This document shows, piece by piece, positions 11,201 through 19,353 of a stretch of DNA of 64,000 nt. The position numbers and the translations under genes were made by a program. Source of the stretch: Verrucomicrobiota bacterium (GTDB taxonomy: Bacteria > Verrucomicrobiota > Verrucomicrobiia > Verrucomicrobiales > DEV007); NCBI GenBank assembly GCA_045046875.1, contig JASFYY010000073.1, positions 1 through 64,000 on the forward strand, in the 5' to 3' direction. Within the stretch, counting starts at the first letter, position 1. Each line of letters opens with the position of its first letter. A model generated the notes under the pieces. The model was given only the letters and a program-made list of their open reading frames with translations. It was not told the origin of the DNA and did no database searches.

Positions 11201-12250
11201 ATCTACAATGACTCCGCTGGTGCTATCGAAGGCAACAGCCCCTTCCAAACCGTCTGGATATCCGATGAAGAACGCGATGCTGCATTAAAAAAAGTGGCCC
11301 AACTTGCCGAGCAAAGTGACAAGAACTACCCCGCCGCCGTGGTCTTCGAAGGCAATGCGCCGGCAGCTATCCGTGAGAATGTCCTGCTCAAAAAATGCCT
11401 GCAATCGATGAAAACCCCATCGACTTCGGCTACCTCCATGCCACCTAAAGCCTGGCTGGGAGCCCCCAACTCGATCAAAGGCCCGACCGAAGTTGTCTTT
11501 AACCGCCAAAGTGGCAATCATTTGCTCATCATCGGCCAGAATGACGAAGCGGCGCAAGCCATCACCTGCGTTTCCCTCATCAGCCTGGCCGCTCAGCTCA
11601 ACGCGGATCAATCACGTTTTTTCCTCATCGACAGTCACCCACAGGAGTCAAGCCAACATCAGTTATTTGCATCCATCATACAAAGCCTCCCTCAGCGCAG
11701 CTCATTGATCAGCGGCAGCGGCATCGTCGATGCACTGGATGAAATCACTAGGGAACTCGATCGCCGGGCCGATGACAATCACTCGGCGGAGCCGTCGCAA
11801 CGAATTTTCCTCATCATCAACGGCCTGCAGCGCTTCAAAAAACTACGCTACGAAGAAGACTTTGGTTTTTCGATGGACGACTCCGATAGCCCCGCCAATC
11901 CTGGTGCACAACTCGACCGCATCATCCAGGAGGGCGCCAGCCTCGGCATTCATCTGATTGCCGTCTGCGACACCTACAACAACGTCAATCGCTTCCTCAG
12001 CCGAAAAGCCGTCAGCGAGTTCGAAATGCGGGTGCTTTTCCAAATGAGCGCCAACGACTCCGCCAGCCTGATCGACACTCCAAAAGCCAGCCAACTCGGA
12101 CTCAACCGCGCGCTCTTTTACAACGAACAAGAAGGTTATCTGGAAACCTTCCGCCCCTACGCCCTGCCCGACCGCGAATGGTTTGCCGAAGCTGCCAAGC
12201 AACTTCAAGCCCGAGCGCCCCAACTTACCTCCTCCAGCCCCCCCAAATGA
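8291..12250 (+). CDS. FtsK/SpoIIIE-family membrane ATPase, EccC/EssC-like
   Basis: Coiled coil, 2 TM helices, coiled coil, then three FtsK-like domains; intact Walker A GKTGSGKS (from 10610), Walker B LLMIDEFQ, RQGRAFGIHVILGSQ. Confidence 0.9.
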   Translation: MSKQHPLGIIASLEMLDRLKETIEDCVQKEAKLTQAISLSTYTLDKEQEQTLEADSLQLASDIEQLEEKFTAEKKNAQSKLQQRQQWIDRAWKNSKQRFLQNLEENEGHQKYSIQKTMLDHEKEHQAAVSQNEADFEEFQAALVNDRRIFKALAALASKSFRGYQSWLKKLTSELKNEQNNHSPTQRSAAENRDDLHHQLQVTDASLLVFRKHLLPRFFAVIPLSLLCILILILHLPLIPVLNHFGFEKNLWPILGGSSLSLMLGSGLLHLIGRMRWRTEATRITANLKLSRRLLTHCELALDNSHEQTREEIQMQHKSTTEQLDGKWKDVLSSSAQTRQNKPEAALDDKKARALATLKQQSQTRIKQIENEHQRLIKSKQDQFEQHSKQVTRNCLDATQQAQNDYEKKHRHLIQEWKQTLEPIYQIISANQKTASDLFPYWPADHWKNWQAPPSFCHFAKLGELEVDMTRMCEKLPKDEKLALPGPAQFALPLMLDLPKHGSLLIEASDHGHQQSVATLNHLILTLLTGAPAGKASFTIIDPVGLGENFSSVMHLADYENNLIHDRIWTQTEQIDQRLAELNEHMEKVIQMYLRNEYETIAEYNQQAGNIAEKYHFLVVADFPSNFSDVAAKRILSIAASGARCGVYTLIHWDKRRTLPQDFVIDELRHSSTCISCDDKGFTLADYSPPGTNLDLDSPPDPEIFTQLIQKIGDGSKDANRIEVPFSHVTPAEDELWRGDTTNELRVAIGRSGASKLQYLSIGKGTRQHTLIAGKTGSGKSTLFHVIITNLALCCSPDEVEFYLIDFKKGIEFKCYANYKLPHARVIAIESDREFGLSVLQRVDEELKRRGDLFRKLGVQDLAGYKKSGGDEAIPRSLLMIDEFQELFVEDDRISQSASMLLDRIVRQGRAFGIHVILGSQTLGGAYTLPRTTMGQMVIRIALMCNEADAYLIMDDNNPAPRMLSRPGEGIYNDSAGAIEGNSPFQTVWISDEERDAALKKVAQLAEQSDKNYPAAVVFEGNAPAAIRENVLLKKCLQSMKTPSTSATSMPPKAWLGAPNSIKGPTEVVFNRQSGNHLLIIGQNDEAAQAITCVSLISLAAQLNADQSRFFLIDSHPQESSQHQLFASIIQSLPQRSSLISGSGIVDALDEITRELDRRADDNHSAEPSQRIFLIINGLQRFKKLRYEEDFGFSMDDSDSPANPGAQLDRIIQEGASLGIHLIAVCDTYNNVNRFLSRKAVSEFEMRVLFQMSANDSASLIDTPKASQLGLNRALFYNEQEGYLETFRPYALPDREWFAEAAKQLQARAPQLTSSSPPK

Positions 12251-12327
12251 ATAGGTAAATGAAGCTAATCTGTTGATCTCAGCTGTTGTCAGCTTGGTGA
12301 AAATCGGGTATCTTTAATCGATCATCC

Positions 12328-13098
12328 ATGCGCTACGCCATTTTTTCAGACATACATGCTAACCGTCAAGCCTGGGGCTCAGCCTTGGTGGACATCCGTC
12401 AGGCCAACGTGGATGTAGTGGTGTGTCTGGGGGACACCGTTGGTTACGGACCGATGCCAGAGGAAGTGCTTAAAAGCGTGAATCAAGAAGTAGACATCAT
12501 GGTATTAGGCAACCACGATGCGGCTGCCTTTGGAGGGCTTGACATCGATATCTTCAATGATGAAGCCAAAGCCGCCATCAAATGGACCCAACAACGCCTG
12601 AGTCAAAAATCGAAAGAGGCACTGCGCAAATTACCGCTCACAGCCGAAAAGGAGAACATCCTGTTTGTACACGCCGAAGTGATCAATCCCGCCGGTTGGG
12701 GCTACATCAACACCATTGATGAAGCCAAAGTGAATTTCGCTTTGTCCGATCATTTTGTCACCTTTGTAGGTCACACCCATCGACCAACCATTTTCGATCA
12801 AAGTCTCACCACTGGCCAGGTGCGGGAACACCCCGATCAAAACGTCAGCCTGATCAAAAGCCATCGTTACATCATCAACGTTGGCTCCGTCGGCGACCCC
12901 CGTAGTCCGGACGATCTCCGCGGACGTTACGTGATCTACGAATCCGATACCCGCACCGTATATTTCCGCAAGTTCACCTTCAACACCGATCTCTACCGCC
13001 TGGATCAAAAGAAATCCGGCATGAACTACACCCCCTTTTTTATAAAAATGCTCGATCACGAAACCGGCCAACAAAACCTCCCCGGAGCAAAAAAATAA
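12328..13098 (+). CDS. Metallophosphoesterase (calcineurin-like)
   Basis: SDIHAN, LGDTVGYG, GNHD, GHTH, NVGSVG motifs. Confidence 0.9.
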   Translation: MRYAIFSDIHANRQAWGSALVDIRQANVDVVVCLGDTVGYGPMPEEVLKSVNQEVDIMVLGNHDAAAFGGLDIDIFNDEAKAAIKWTQQRLSQKSKEALRKLPLTAEKENILFVHAEVINPAGWGYINTIDEAKVNFALSDHFVTFVGHTHRPTIFDQSLTTGQVREHPDQNVSLIKSHRYIINVGSVGDPRSPDDLRGRYVIYESDTRTVYFRKFTFNTDLYRLDQKKSGMNYTPFFIKMLDHETGQQNLPGAKK

Positions 13099-13246
13099 CC
13101 ACCCTTCAGCCGGCCTGACCGGCATCAAGCCCTAGGATAGATTTCCAAATCTGTCCTCGTAGCTCTAACAAGGTAAGAATCACTCAAAACCCCATCCCGC
13201 CTTTCCCTCCTCAGCCGAGCTTCACTCCTTCCGACAATTGATCCAA

Positions 13247-14296
13247 TCACGGATCGTAGAAACGCCTCTGCTCAGTTGCCAGATTCGACTTGGGCTGATA
13301 CTCCAGATTACGATCATTCACCACGGGATTAAAATAGTAGATAAAATTAATACTGCCCGCTGCTCCCACACCGATCATTTTAGGTAATTTAGCATAATTC
13401 GCTTTAATGATCTTTCCATCCACCTCCGTCACCCGCGTACGAATGAAGTAGCCTGTGGGTTTGATTTCAGGAACGCCGTTTTTAACATAACTCCTCATCT
13501 CTTCCAAATTTTCCCGCTCATCCTTTTCCGTGCGATAAGTCTTTTTCTTGATCACGACTTCGTCCTCACGGTAACCCTCCTTCGGAGCCAAATGTGGCAT
13601 TTTCATTTTGCTATACGGCAAATAACCGCTCTTCTCCTCGACCATACCGTCAAACTCTGAAGGAAACTTAATAATAAGCTCCGACCTCCACTTAGCTGTT
13701 TGCAATTCAAATATATCAGGATTCCACTCTTCTTTTCGCCTTTCAGCAAAACGCTTACTAATTTCGGTAACTTCTTTCAATTTTTTGGCCGAGTATTTAC
13801 TTCCCATATACTCTCGATGGAACTTAAATAAAATGTCTCTCGATTTCCCCTTACCTTGTGGTGCCACCCAATCCCCCACTTCAAAATCAAAACCCAACCA
13901 TTCATCAAAAATAGGGAATTCCAGAAACACATCCCTGACATACAAAGGAACAGGACGTTCTATTCTGCGTAGAACTAGAGTGGCTTTGTGATCTTTATTA
14001 GGAAGAAATCCCCCTTCCTTAATAGAATCATAGTAGCCATCTTTTCCTACCCTTACGTAAACTCCATTAAATTGAATTTTTCCGCTTACTCCATATTCTC
14101 CTTTTTTATTGGTTTTACCATAATGAGCTTTACTTTTTACCTGTGTAAAACCCACAAACTCAATAACTACGTCAGCACCAACCAAAACTTCTCTGGTCTC
14201 ATCTACTACTTTAATAACAATTTCCTCAGCATAAAGAGGATTCAATAATCCCGCCAAAATCAAAACCATCAACACACTAATTTTCTTTTTCATCAT
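13247..14296 (-). CDS. Exported hypothetical protein, candidate immunity protein
   Basis: Sec signal peptide MMKKKISVLMVLILAGLLNPLYA; beta-sandwich-like N-terminus; AT-rich; overlaps the upstream hydrolase gene by 20 nt. Confidence 0.6.
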   Translation of the reverse strand: MMKKKISVLMVLILAGLLNPLYAEEIVIKVVDETREVLVGADVVIEFVGFTQVKSKAHYGKTNKKGEYGVSGKIQFNGVYVRVGKDGYYDSIKEGGFLPNKDHKATLVLRRIERPVPLYVRDVFLEFPIFDEWLGFDFEVGDWVAPQGKGKSRDILFKFHREYMGSKYSAKKLKEVTEISKRFAERRKEEWNPDIFELQTAKWRSELIIKFPSEFDGMVEEKSGYLPYSKMKMPHLAPKEGYREDEVVIKKKTYRTEKDERENLEEMRSYVKNGVPEIKPTGYFIRTRVTEVDGKIIKANYAKLPKMIGVGAAGSINFIYYFNPVVNDRNLEYQPKSNLATEQRRFYDP

Positions 14297-17200
14297 CTAA
14301 ACTTCCAAGTTTAACCATTTTTTCATACATCTTATAAATATGGGAAAGCGCCACACCATAGAAATCTGAGTGCAGCCATTTTCCTGACGACTTATTGTCC
14401 TCATGCCCTTCTGTCGGCCACTGATCTGCGTTCGTCATGAACGTCGTCTGCATATTAAACCTTCGGTTTTTCATATTCCCTCCTCCTATCGGATTCGATC
14501 CAGCAGCAAAAGACAAGGCAGGAATCCCAGAGGCCAGCACATGATATTTAACCAATTTCTTATTGGCCAGTGCGCTGCCTGATGAAGGATCAGTCAAGCC
14601 TTCCACCAGAAACTCTCTAAACACCGGGTTTTCCCGAAGGTATTCTTTAGAATAACCGGCCACGGTCGCAGGACTTGGTTTAATAAGCGCAGCGGCACGC
14701 TGGCCGATCACATAATAGCTGCTATTAAATCCCCACCCCGCCTGTCTCGTAGCTTTACTTATTCCGTCAAAATCCTGAGCCGCGCTAGCAAGGTAACTTG
14801 TTCCTTTTACAAGTTCCTGAGCCACCCAAGACCTTCGCCCTGAGAATAATTGGATCGCTCCCGATATTCCATTTTCAAACACTGCTGCAGTATCCATTTC
14901 TATTGCCGGATTCTGCAACACCTCTTCGCCTGTGGAATAGAAATGGTAAGTTCTTGCAAAGCTATCCATCAGTACTTCGAACCTATTTACCCATGTCAGA
15001 TCACTACGCCCATCATCTTCGTCAAACAGCTCAGACCATCGAGCTGATGTTGAGAACAACCCTCCCCCGATTACAGCAATGTAAGGCTTCCAATCTTTTT
15101 CTAACATTCGATACCTCTGGTTTTCTGTGTTCGCCGAATCATATGCCTCCGCCGCCACCGCTGCATCGATCATATAATAGCGATTCGGAGAAAAATCCGC
15201 CTTAGCAATCGCATGGCTGACCACCATATTACCCAAGCTGTGTGCCGCAATAGTTACATCCGCATCTCCTGTGAATTTCAGTGCATCCTTCAACTTATCC
15301 CCGGTCTGCATCGCAAAAAATACAGGCTTGTGGTAATTGGCATTTTTCTCCAACCCTATGAAATTGTCTGGTGACAAATCAACACCTCCAAGCCCTGCAT
15401 CCCCCCGCCAACTCACTCCTACAAACCTCGCTTTGCTACCCAGTTGATGCAAACGCTTGAACAGCTCAGCAAACCACCCTCTTGCTTTCTCCTCATTCAC
15501 ATTAAATCCATGCACCAGCACAAAATACTTCCCATTAGTCAGTCGGTCAGGATAAGGGTATCCGGGATCCTTCGTCTTTGTGGGTAAATTCGAAGGCACA
15601 TTACCTGCGTCGCTGCCATCCGGATTAACCGGCACGCTACGCAGATCCACATGCCTATACATTTCCTCTACTTTTGCGATCTTGATCGGAAATTCTATCT
15701 CAACAAGCTTCGTCCCATCAAGCTTACGGATTTCAATCATCAAAGGTTTGAAAGTTATAAACTTCCCCTCAAGTAACAACATCCCCTTCCCTTTACCGGC
15801 CGCATCCAGCATGTCATCGGGAATACGTATCCCATCCTTAGTAATCGTCTCGCCCTCTCGGGATACAATATCTTTTGCTTGATCCAAATTCCTCAAAAAT
15901 CCGCCCACCGAGTATTGCTCATCAGGCGCTCGATCCAAAGATGCCCAAGGATACCAGAACACTCCTAAAGAGTCCCTTCTCACAACATTGTCCTGCTTAA
16001 GAAAATATTGGTACTCAGAAGAAGGGAATTCAATCAAAACCTGCTCAAGATCCAAGTGCAAAGGAAAAAAATCAACTAAATCTCGAATCCCATCCACCTT
16101 ATTATCTTGATAATCACGCTGACTAAGTGCTGCAGCCTCAGGAACATCCGGCAAATCGCCGCTCGCTCCATACTCCCCCGAATCATCATCATCATTCACC
16201 CACCACCTCCAAGGTTCATCCTTGGTCACTCTCCCACGATCCTTGTCATCAATCCTCCCATCGCGATTATAGTCAGGCACCATCTCCACAGGGAGTAGAG
16301 ACACTTTATTTTGAAAATCATGTTCGACAGGAGGGTTCAACACCACCGCATCTGTCGAACTGGTTTTTCCTGCCACTATATTCAGCTTTACCTCCACTAC
16401 CTTCTTCACCTTCCATTCCCCTGGCGGAACCGTAGATGTTTGTCTGTATTGAGAAACCAATAAATAGGTCTTTTCTATTTTTTCGTCGACGGCACTATCC
16501 CTTTTTAAGCGTATAACCTTCATTTCCCCCACCGCACTTTCCACTTTCCCATCCAAGCCGGGTTTAATGTCGCTCAGGGAAAAGTCAACCTCCCTACTCT
16601 CCCTACTGCTTTCGCCCACCCACTTACCCATGGTTTTCAAGATAGCAGCGGATTCCGGCAATCTTATGATATGCCTACCGCCTAATCCTCCTATCCTTGA
16701 ATGGTATTCTCCTAACGTCGCTCCAAAATTTTCAAAATCTTTTGAACTCCCCGTATCTAATGCCTGTACCACTCCTGAAGCTGGCACCAACCTGTCGTTT
16801 CCGCTCGAAGTTATTGGTTCATCCACCGTTATCATATTAACGGTATTTCCAAATTCATCGTATTCATATTCGATCCCTCCTGATTCCATAAAAGTATCTT
16901 CAACTGATTTCTCTCCTGAATAAACCAGCTCCACTCCCTTCACCTGCGTATAAATTTCAGATTCATTTGCAACATTCCCCAGCCCTTTTCCATTGCCACT
17001 GTCAGGGCCAATTTTCCCGTTACTGTTTTTATTCGAAGCTTTTCCACTGCCCTCCGGGACATCTACTTTACCTGCCGATTCTATTGGTTCGCTCCCCTCC
17101 TTGCCACCAGTGCTCCCACTGGTAGAGCCAGTCCCAACACCCGATCCACTTTCCTTGTCTGGTTCAGGCTCAAGAGCCGGACTAGGGTCATTCGGATCAT

Positions 17201-17921
17201 TGGGGTCGCTCTCAAACAGCAACACTTCATCCCCATCCAACAAACCATCCCCATCCGAATCCGGATCCAACCAATTGGTGCCGAGTTGATATTCCTGCCC
17301 CACACTCAAACCATCCAGATCCCCATCAGCTAAGCCGTCTGCGCGACTAGTCGGATTAAACCCTGAATTCACTTCCCACCCGTCCGGTAAACCATCGCCA
17401 TCCGTATCCGGCTTTTTCGGATCAGTTATAACCGTCTCAAAAATTTCCATCCAAAACCCAATCGAATCTTCTTCCACATTGTAATACCCCGTACTGTCCT
17501 CCACCCACACATCGTGCTTGATTTCAAACCCCGATTCTTCTTCCGAGTCCGTTAGTCCATCCCCATCCGTATCTACTTCTGCAGGGTCTACCGCATCCGG
17601 ATAACTATTCGCATCGTAAGGATCCGTTCCTGCCTGACTTTCGTCTTCGTCTGAAAAACCATCCCCGTCACTGTCTTCCGAGTAATAATCATACTCCGAT
17701 CCAATTGCTTCCGAAACAGCGCCAGTATCTTCATACCCGCTTCCATACCCATCTCCGCTAGCTTGCAATAAATGCGCAAAAGGCAAGGAAATCACGTTAC
17801 CACCTGGAAAACCAGGAAAGAGCACCAGAGTAAAAACCATCCAACCCACAATCCAATTCCGACCTCGAAACTCTCTCTGCCCCCCTCTCAAACCAACTGA
17901 ATTAAAACGCTTATTATTCAT
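14277..17921 (-). CDS. Large exported protein with DxDGDG Ca-binding (TSP3-like) repeats and a C-terminal alpha/beta-hydrolase (lipase/esterase) domain
   Basis: N-terminal hydrophobic segment; several DSDGDG/DTDGDG repeats; FVLVHGFNV, nucleophile elbow AHSLG (15231-15245), IDAA, terminal WLHSDF. Confidence 0.8.
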   Translation of the reverse strand: MNNKRFNSVGLRGGQREFRGRNWIVGWMVFTLVLFPGFPGGNVISLPFAHLLQASGDGYGSGYEDTGAVSEAIGSEYDYYSEDSDGDGFSDEDESQAGTDPYDANSYPDAVDPAEVDTDGDGLTDSEEESGFEIKHDVWVEDSTGYYNVEEDSIGFWMEIFETVITDPKKPDTDGDGLPDGWEVNSGFNPTSRADGLADGDLDGLSVGQEYQLGTNWLDPDSDGDGLLDGDEVLLFESDPNDPNDPSPALEPEPDKESGSGVGTGSTSGSTGGKEGSEPIESAGKVDVPEGSGKASNKNSNGKIGPDSGNGKGLGNVANESEIYTQVKGVELVYSGEKSVEDTFMESGGIEYEYDEFGNTVNMITVDEPITSSGNDRLVPASGVVQALDTGSSKDFENFGATLGEYHSRIGGLGGRHIIRLPESAAILKTMGKWVGESSRESREVDFSLSDIKPGLDGKVESAVGEMKVIRLKRDSAVDEKIEKTYLLVSQYRQTSTVPPGEWKVKKVVEVKLNIVAGKTSSTDAVVLNPPVEHDFQNKVSLLPVEMVPDYNRDGRIDDKDRGRVTKDEPWRWWVNDDDDSGEYGASGDLPDVPEAAALSQRDYQDNKVDGIRDLVDFFPLHLDLEQVLIEFPSSEYQYFLKQDNVVRRDSLGVFWYPWASLDRAPDEQYSVGGFLRNLDQAKDIVSREGETITKDGIRIPDDMLDAAGKGKGMLLLEGKFITFKPLMIEIRKLDGTKLVEIEFPIKIAKVEEMYRHVDLRSVPVNPDGSDAGNVPSNLPTKTKDPGYPYPDRLTNGKYFVLVHGFNVNEEKARGWFAELFKRLHQLGSKARFVGVSWRGDAGLGGVDLSPDNFIGLEKNANYHKPVFFAMQTGDKLKDALKFTGDADVTIAAHSLGNMVVSHAIAKADFSPNRYYMIDAAVAAEAYDSANTENQRYRMLEKDWKPYIAVIGGGLFSTSARWSELFDEDDGRSDLTWVNRFEVLMDSFARTYHFYSTGEEVLQNPAIEMDTAAVFENGISGAIQLFSGRRSWVAQELVKGTSYLASAAQDFDGISKATRQAGWGFNSSYYVIGQRAAALIKPSPATVAGYSKEYLRENPVFREFLVEGLTDPSSGSALANKKLVKYHVLASGIPALSFAAGSNPIGGGNMKNRRFNMQTTFMTNADQWPTEGHEDNKSSGKWLHSDFYGVALSHIYKMYEKMVKLGSLDDEKEN

Positions 17922-18183
17922 GTTCGAATTGACAATAGGACTAACTATTATAAAACGACAAGAAAAAAGTTATCTTTTTAGTTAATTTTTTTATGAATTA
18001 AATATGACTTGAAAGACCATTAAAATAGTTAACCTTATTCTAATATTACAAATCCCAAGCGTCATCCCACTCTCAACGGTAAGTGCCTCGCACCCTCAAA
18101 ACCCCGCCAAGATACGCCCACAGCCTAACCCTAGCCAACACAAAGCACACCCTCCTTCCCCCGCATCAAAAAACACCCAATCG

Positions 18184-18465
18184 CTACTTCTTATTCTGCG
18201 CTTCACTGAGCTTCCTGATCATTTCCTCCGCGCGTTTAGCCGTAGCTTGCGCACCAGCCGCACTCGCACCCGGCCCTTGATTTGCTTGTTGCATTTGCTG
18301 CAACTGTTTCAAATCATCCTTGTAAGTTTGGCCGATCTGCTCCTTGCCCACTCCCAGACCTTTGGCCTGCCCCCTCAATCCTTCGATATACTTCTGATAA
18401 CCAATAATCGGCAGAGCAAAAAAAGCGACTACGATCAAAAATAGGAAAATAGACCCAGCTCTCAT
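18184..18465 (-). CDS. Small membrane-anchored hypothetical protein
   Basis: 93 aa, N-terminal TM helix, then a Gln/Ala-rich helix. Confidence 0.6.
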   Translation of the reverse strand: MRAGSIFLFLIVVAFFALPIIGYQKYIEGLRGQAKGLGVGKEQIGQTYKDDLKQLQQMQQANQGPGASAAGAQATAKRAEEMIRKLSEAQNKK

Positions 18466-18538
18466 AATGATTGATCTTGCTCAAAACCCAATCAACAAGC
18501 AATACCAAAATCCAGAAATCTCCTATCTCATCCCCCCC

Positions 18539-19351
18539 TCACACCAACTCCCCTGAATCGGGCGAATAATCCTCCGCAAAACGCTCAATCGCCAAAGCCT
18601 GTCCAGTCTCTTCATCCACATCGATGATCGCTCCACGCAAGCCAACGATCCCCTTTGCCACCGGAAAGCGGCAAGGCAAGGATTTGCGAAAGCGTCCGAC
18701 AATCGGATCGATCTGACGCCCGAGAATCGATTCGTTCGGCCCGCACATACCCGCATCACAAAGAAAAGCCGTGCCACCTGGGAAAATCTGTTCATCGGCA
18801 GTCTGCACGTGGGTGTGAGTCCCCACCACAGCCGAAACCAAACCGTCCAAAGCCCGTCCCATAGCGATTTTTTCACTGGTCGTCTCAGCGTGCATATCAA
18901 CAAAGATCACCTTCACCCCATCTTCATCCCGCATCCGCTTGGCCTCCCTCTCCGCAGCCAGAAAGGGATTCTCCAGCGGTGGCTGGATAAAGGTCCGCCC
19001 CTGCACATTGATCACCCCTACCTGCCCTTTGTTGGTATCGAGCAAAACCGAACCCATACCCGGAGTTCCCAACGGGTAATTGAGCGGCCGCAACAAGCGC
19101 GGTTCGGTATAAATATACTCGATGATCTCCTGCTGATCCCAAATATGGTCCCCACTGGTGATCACCGCTGCTCCCGCGCGCAACAAACCAATACTGATTT
19201 TAGGAGTGATGCCACGCCCCCCCGCCGCGTTCTCTCCGTTGACGATGATAAAATCGATCTCCCGCTCCTTGCGGATTTTTGGCAACCGAGCCGTGACGGC
19301 TTTACGTCCGGGCTCTCCCACTACATCTCCTAAAAATAAAATCCTCAGCAT
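18539..19351 (-). CDS. ymdB: YmdB/TIGR00282-family metallophosphoesterase
   Basis: Start reassigned to ATG 19351 (MLRILFLGDVVGEPGR); NGENAAGG, DMHAETTSEK, GTHTHVQT motifs. Confidence 0.92.
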   Translation of the reverse strand: MLRILFLGDVVGEPGRKAVTARLPKIRKEREIDFIIVNGENAAGGRGITPKISIGLLRAGAAVITSGDHIWDQQEIIEYIYTEPRLLRPLNYPLGTPGMGSVLLDTNKGQVGVINVQGRTFIQPPLENPFLAAEREAKRMRDEDGVKVIFVDMHAETTSEKIAMGRALDGLVSAVVGTHTHVQTADEQIFPGGTAFLCDAGMCGPNESILGRQIDPIVGRFRKSLPCRFPVAKGIVGLRGAIIDVDEETGQALAIERFAEDYSPDSGELV

Positions 19352-19353
19352 CT

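Noticed and set aside
14277..17921. Lipase protein as a substrate of the neighbouring T7-like system
   Set aside because: Opposite strand, different composition, a hydrophobic export segment and no LXG/WXG-like helical domain; proximity alone is insufficient
13163..18105. Direct repeats bounding the lipase island (ggtaag...ctcaaaacccc at about 13172-13193 and 18078-18105)
   Set aside because: Only 11 bp exact with unequal spacing; could be chance
18184..18465. 93-aa protein as another WXG100 member
   Set aside because: It has an N-terminal TM helix and no central Trp motif
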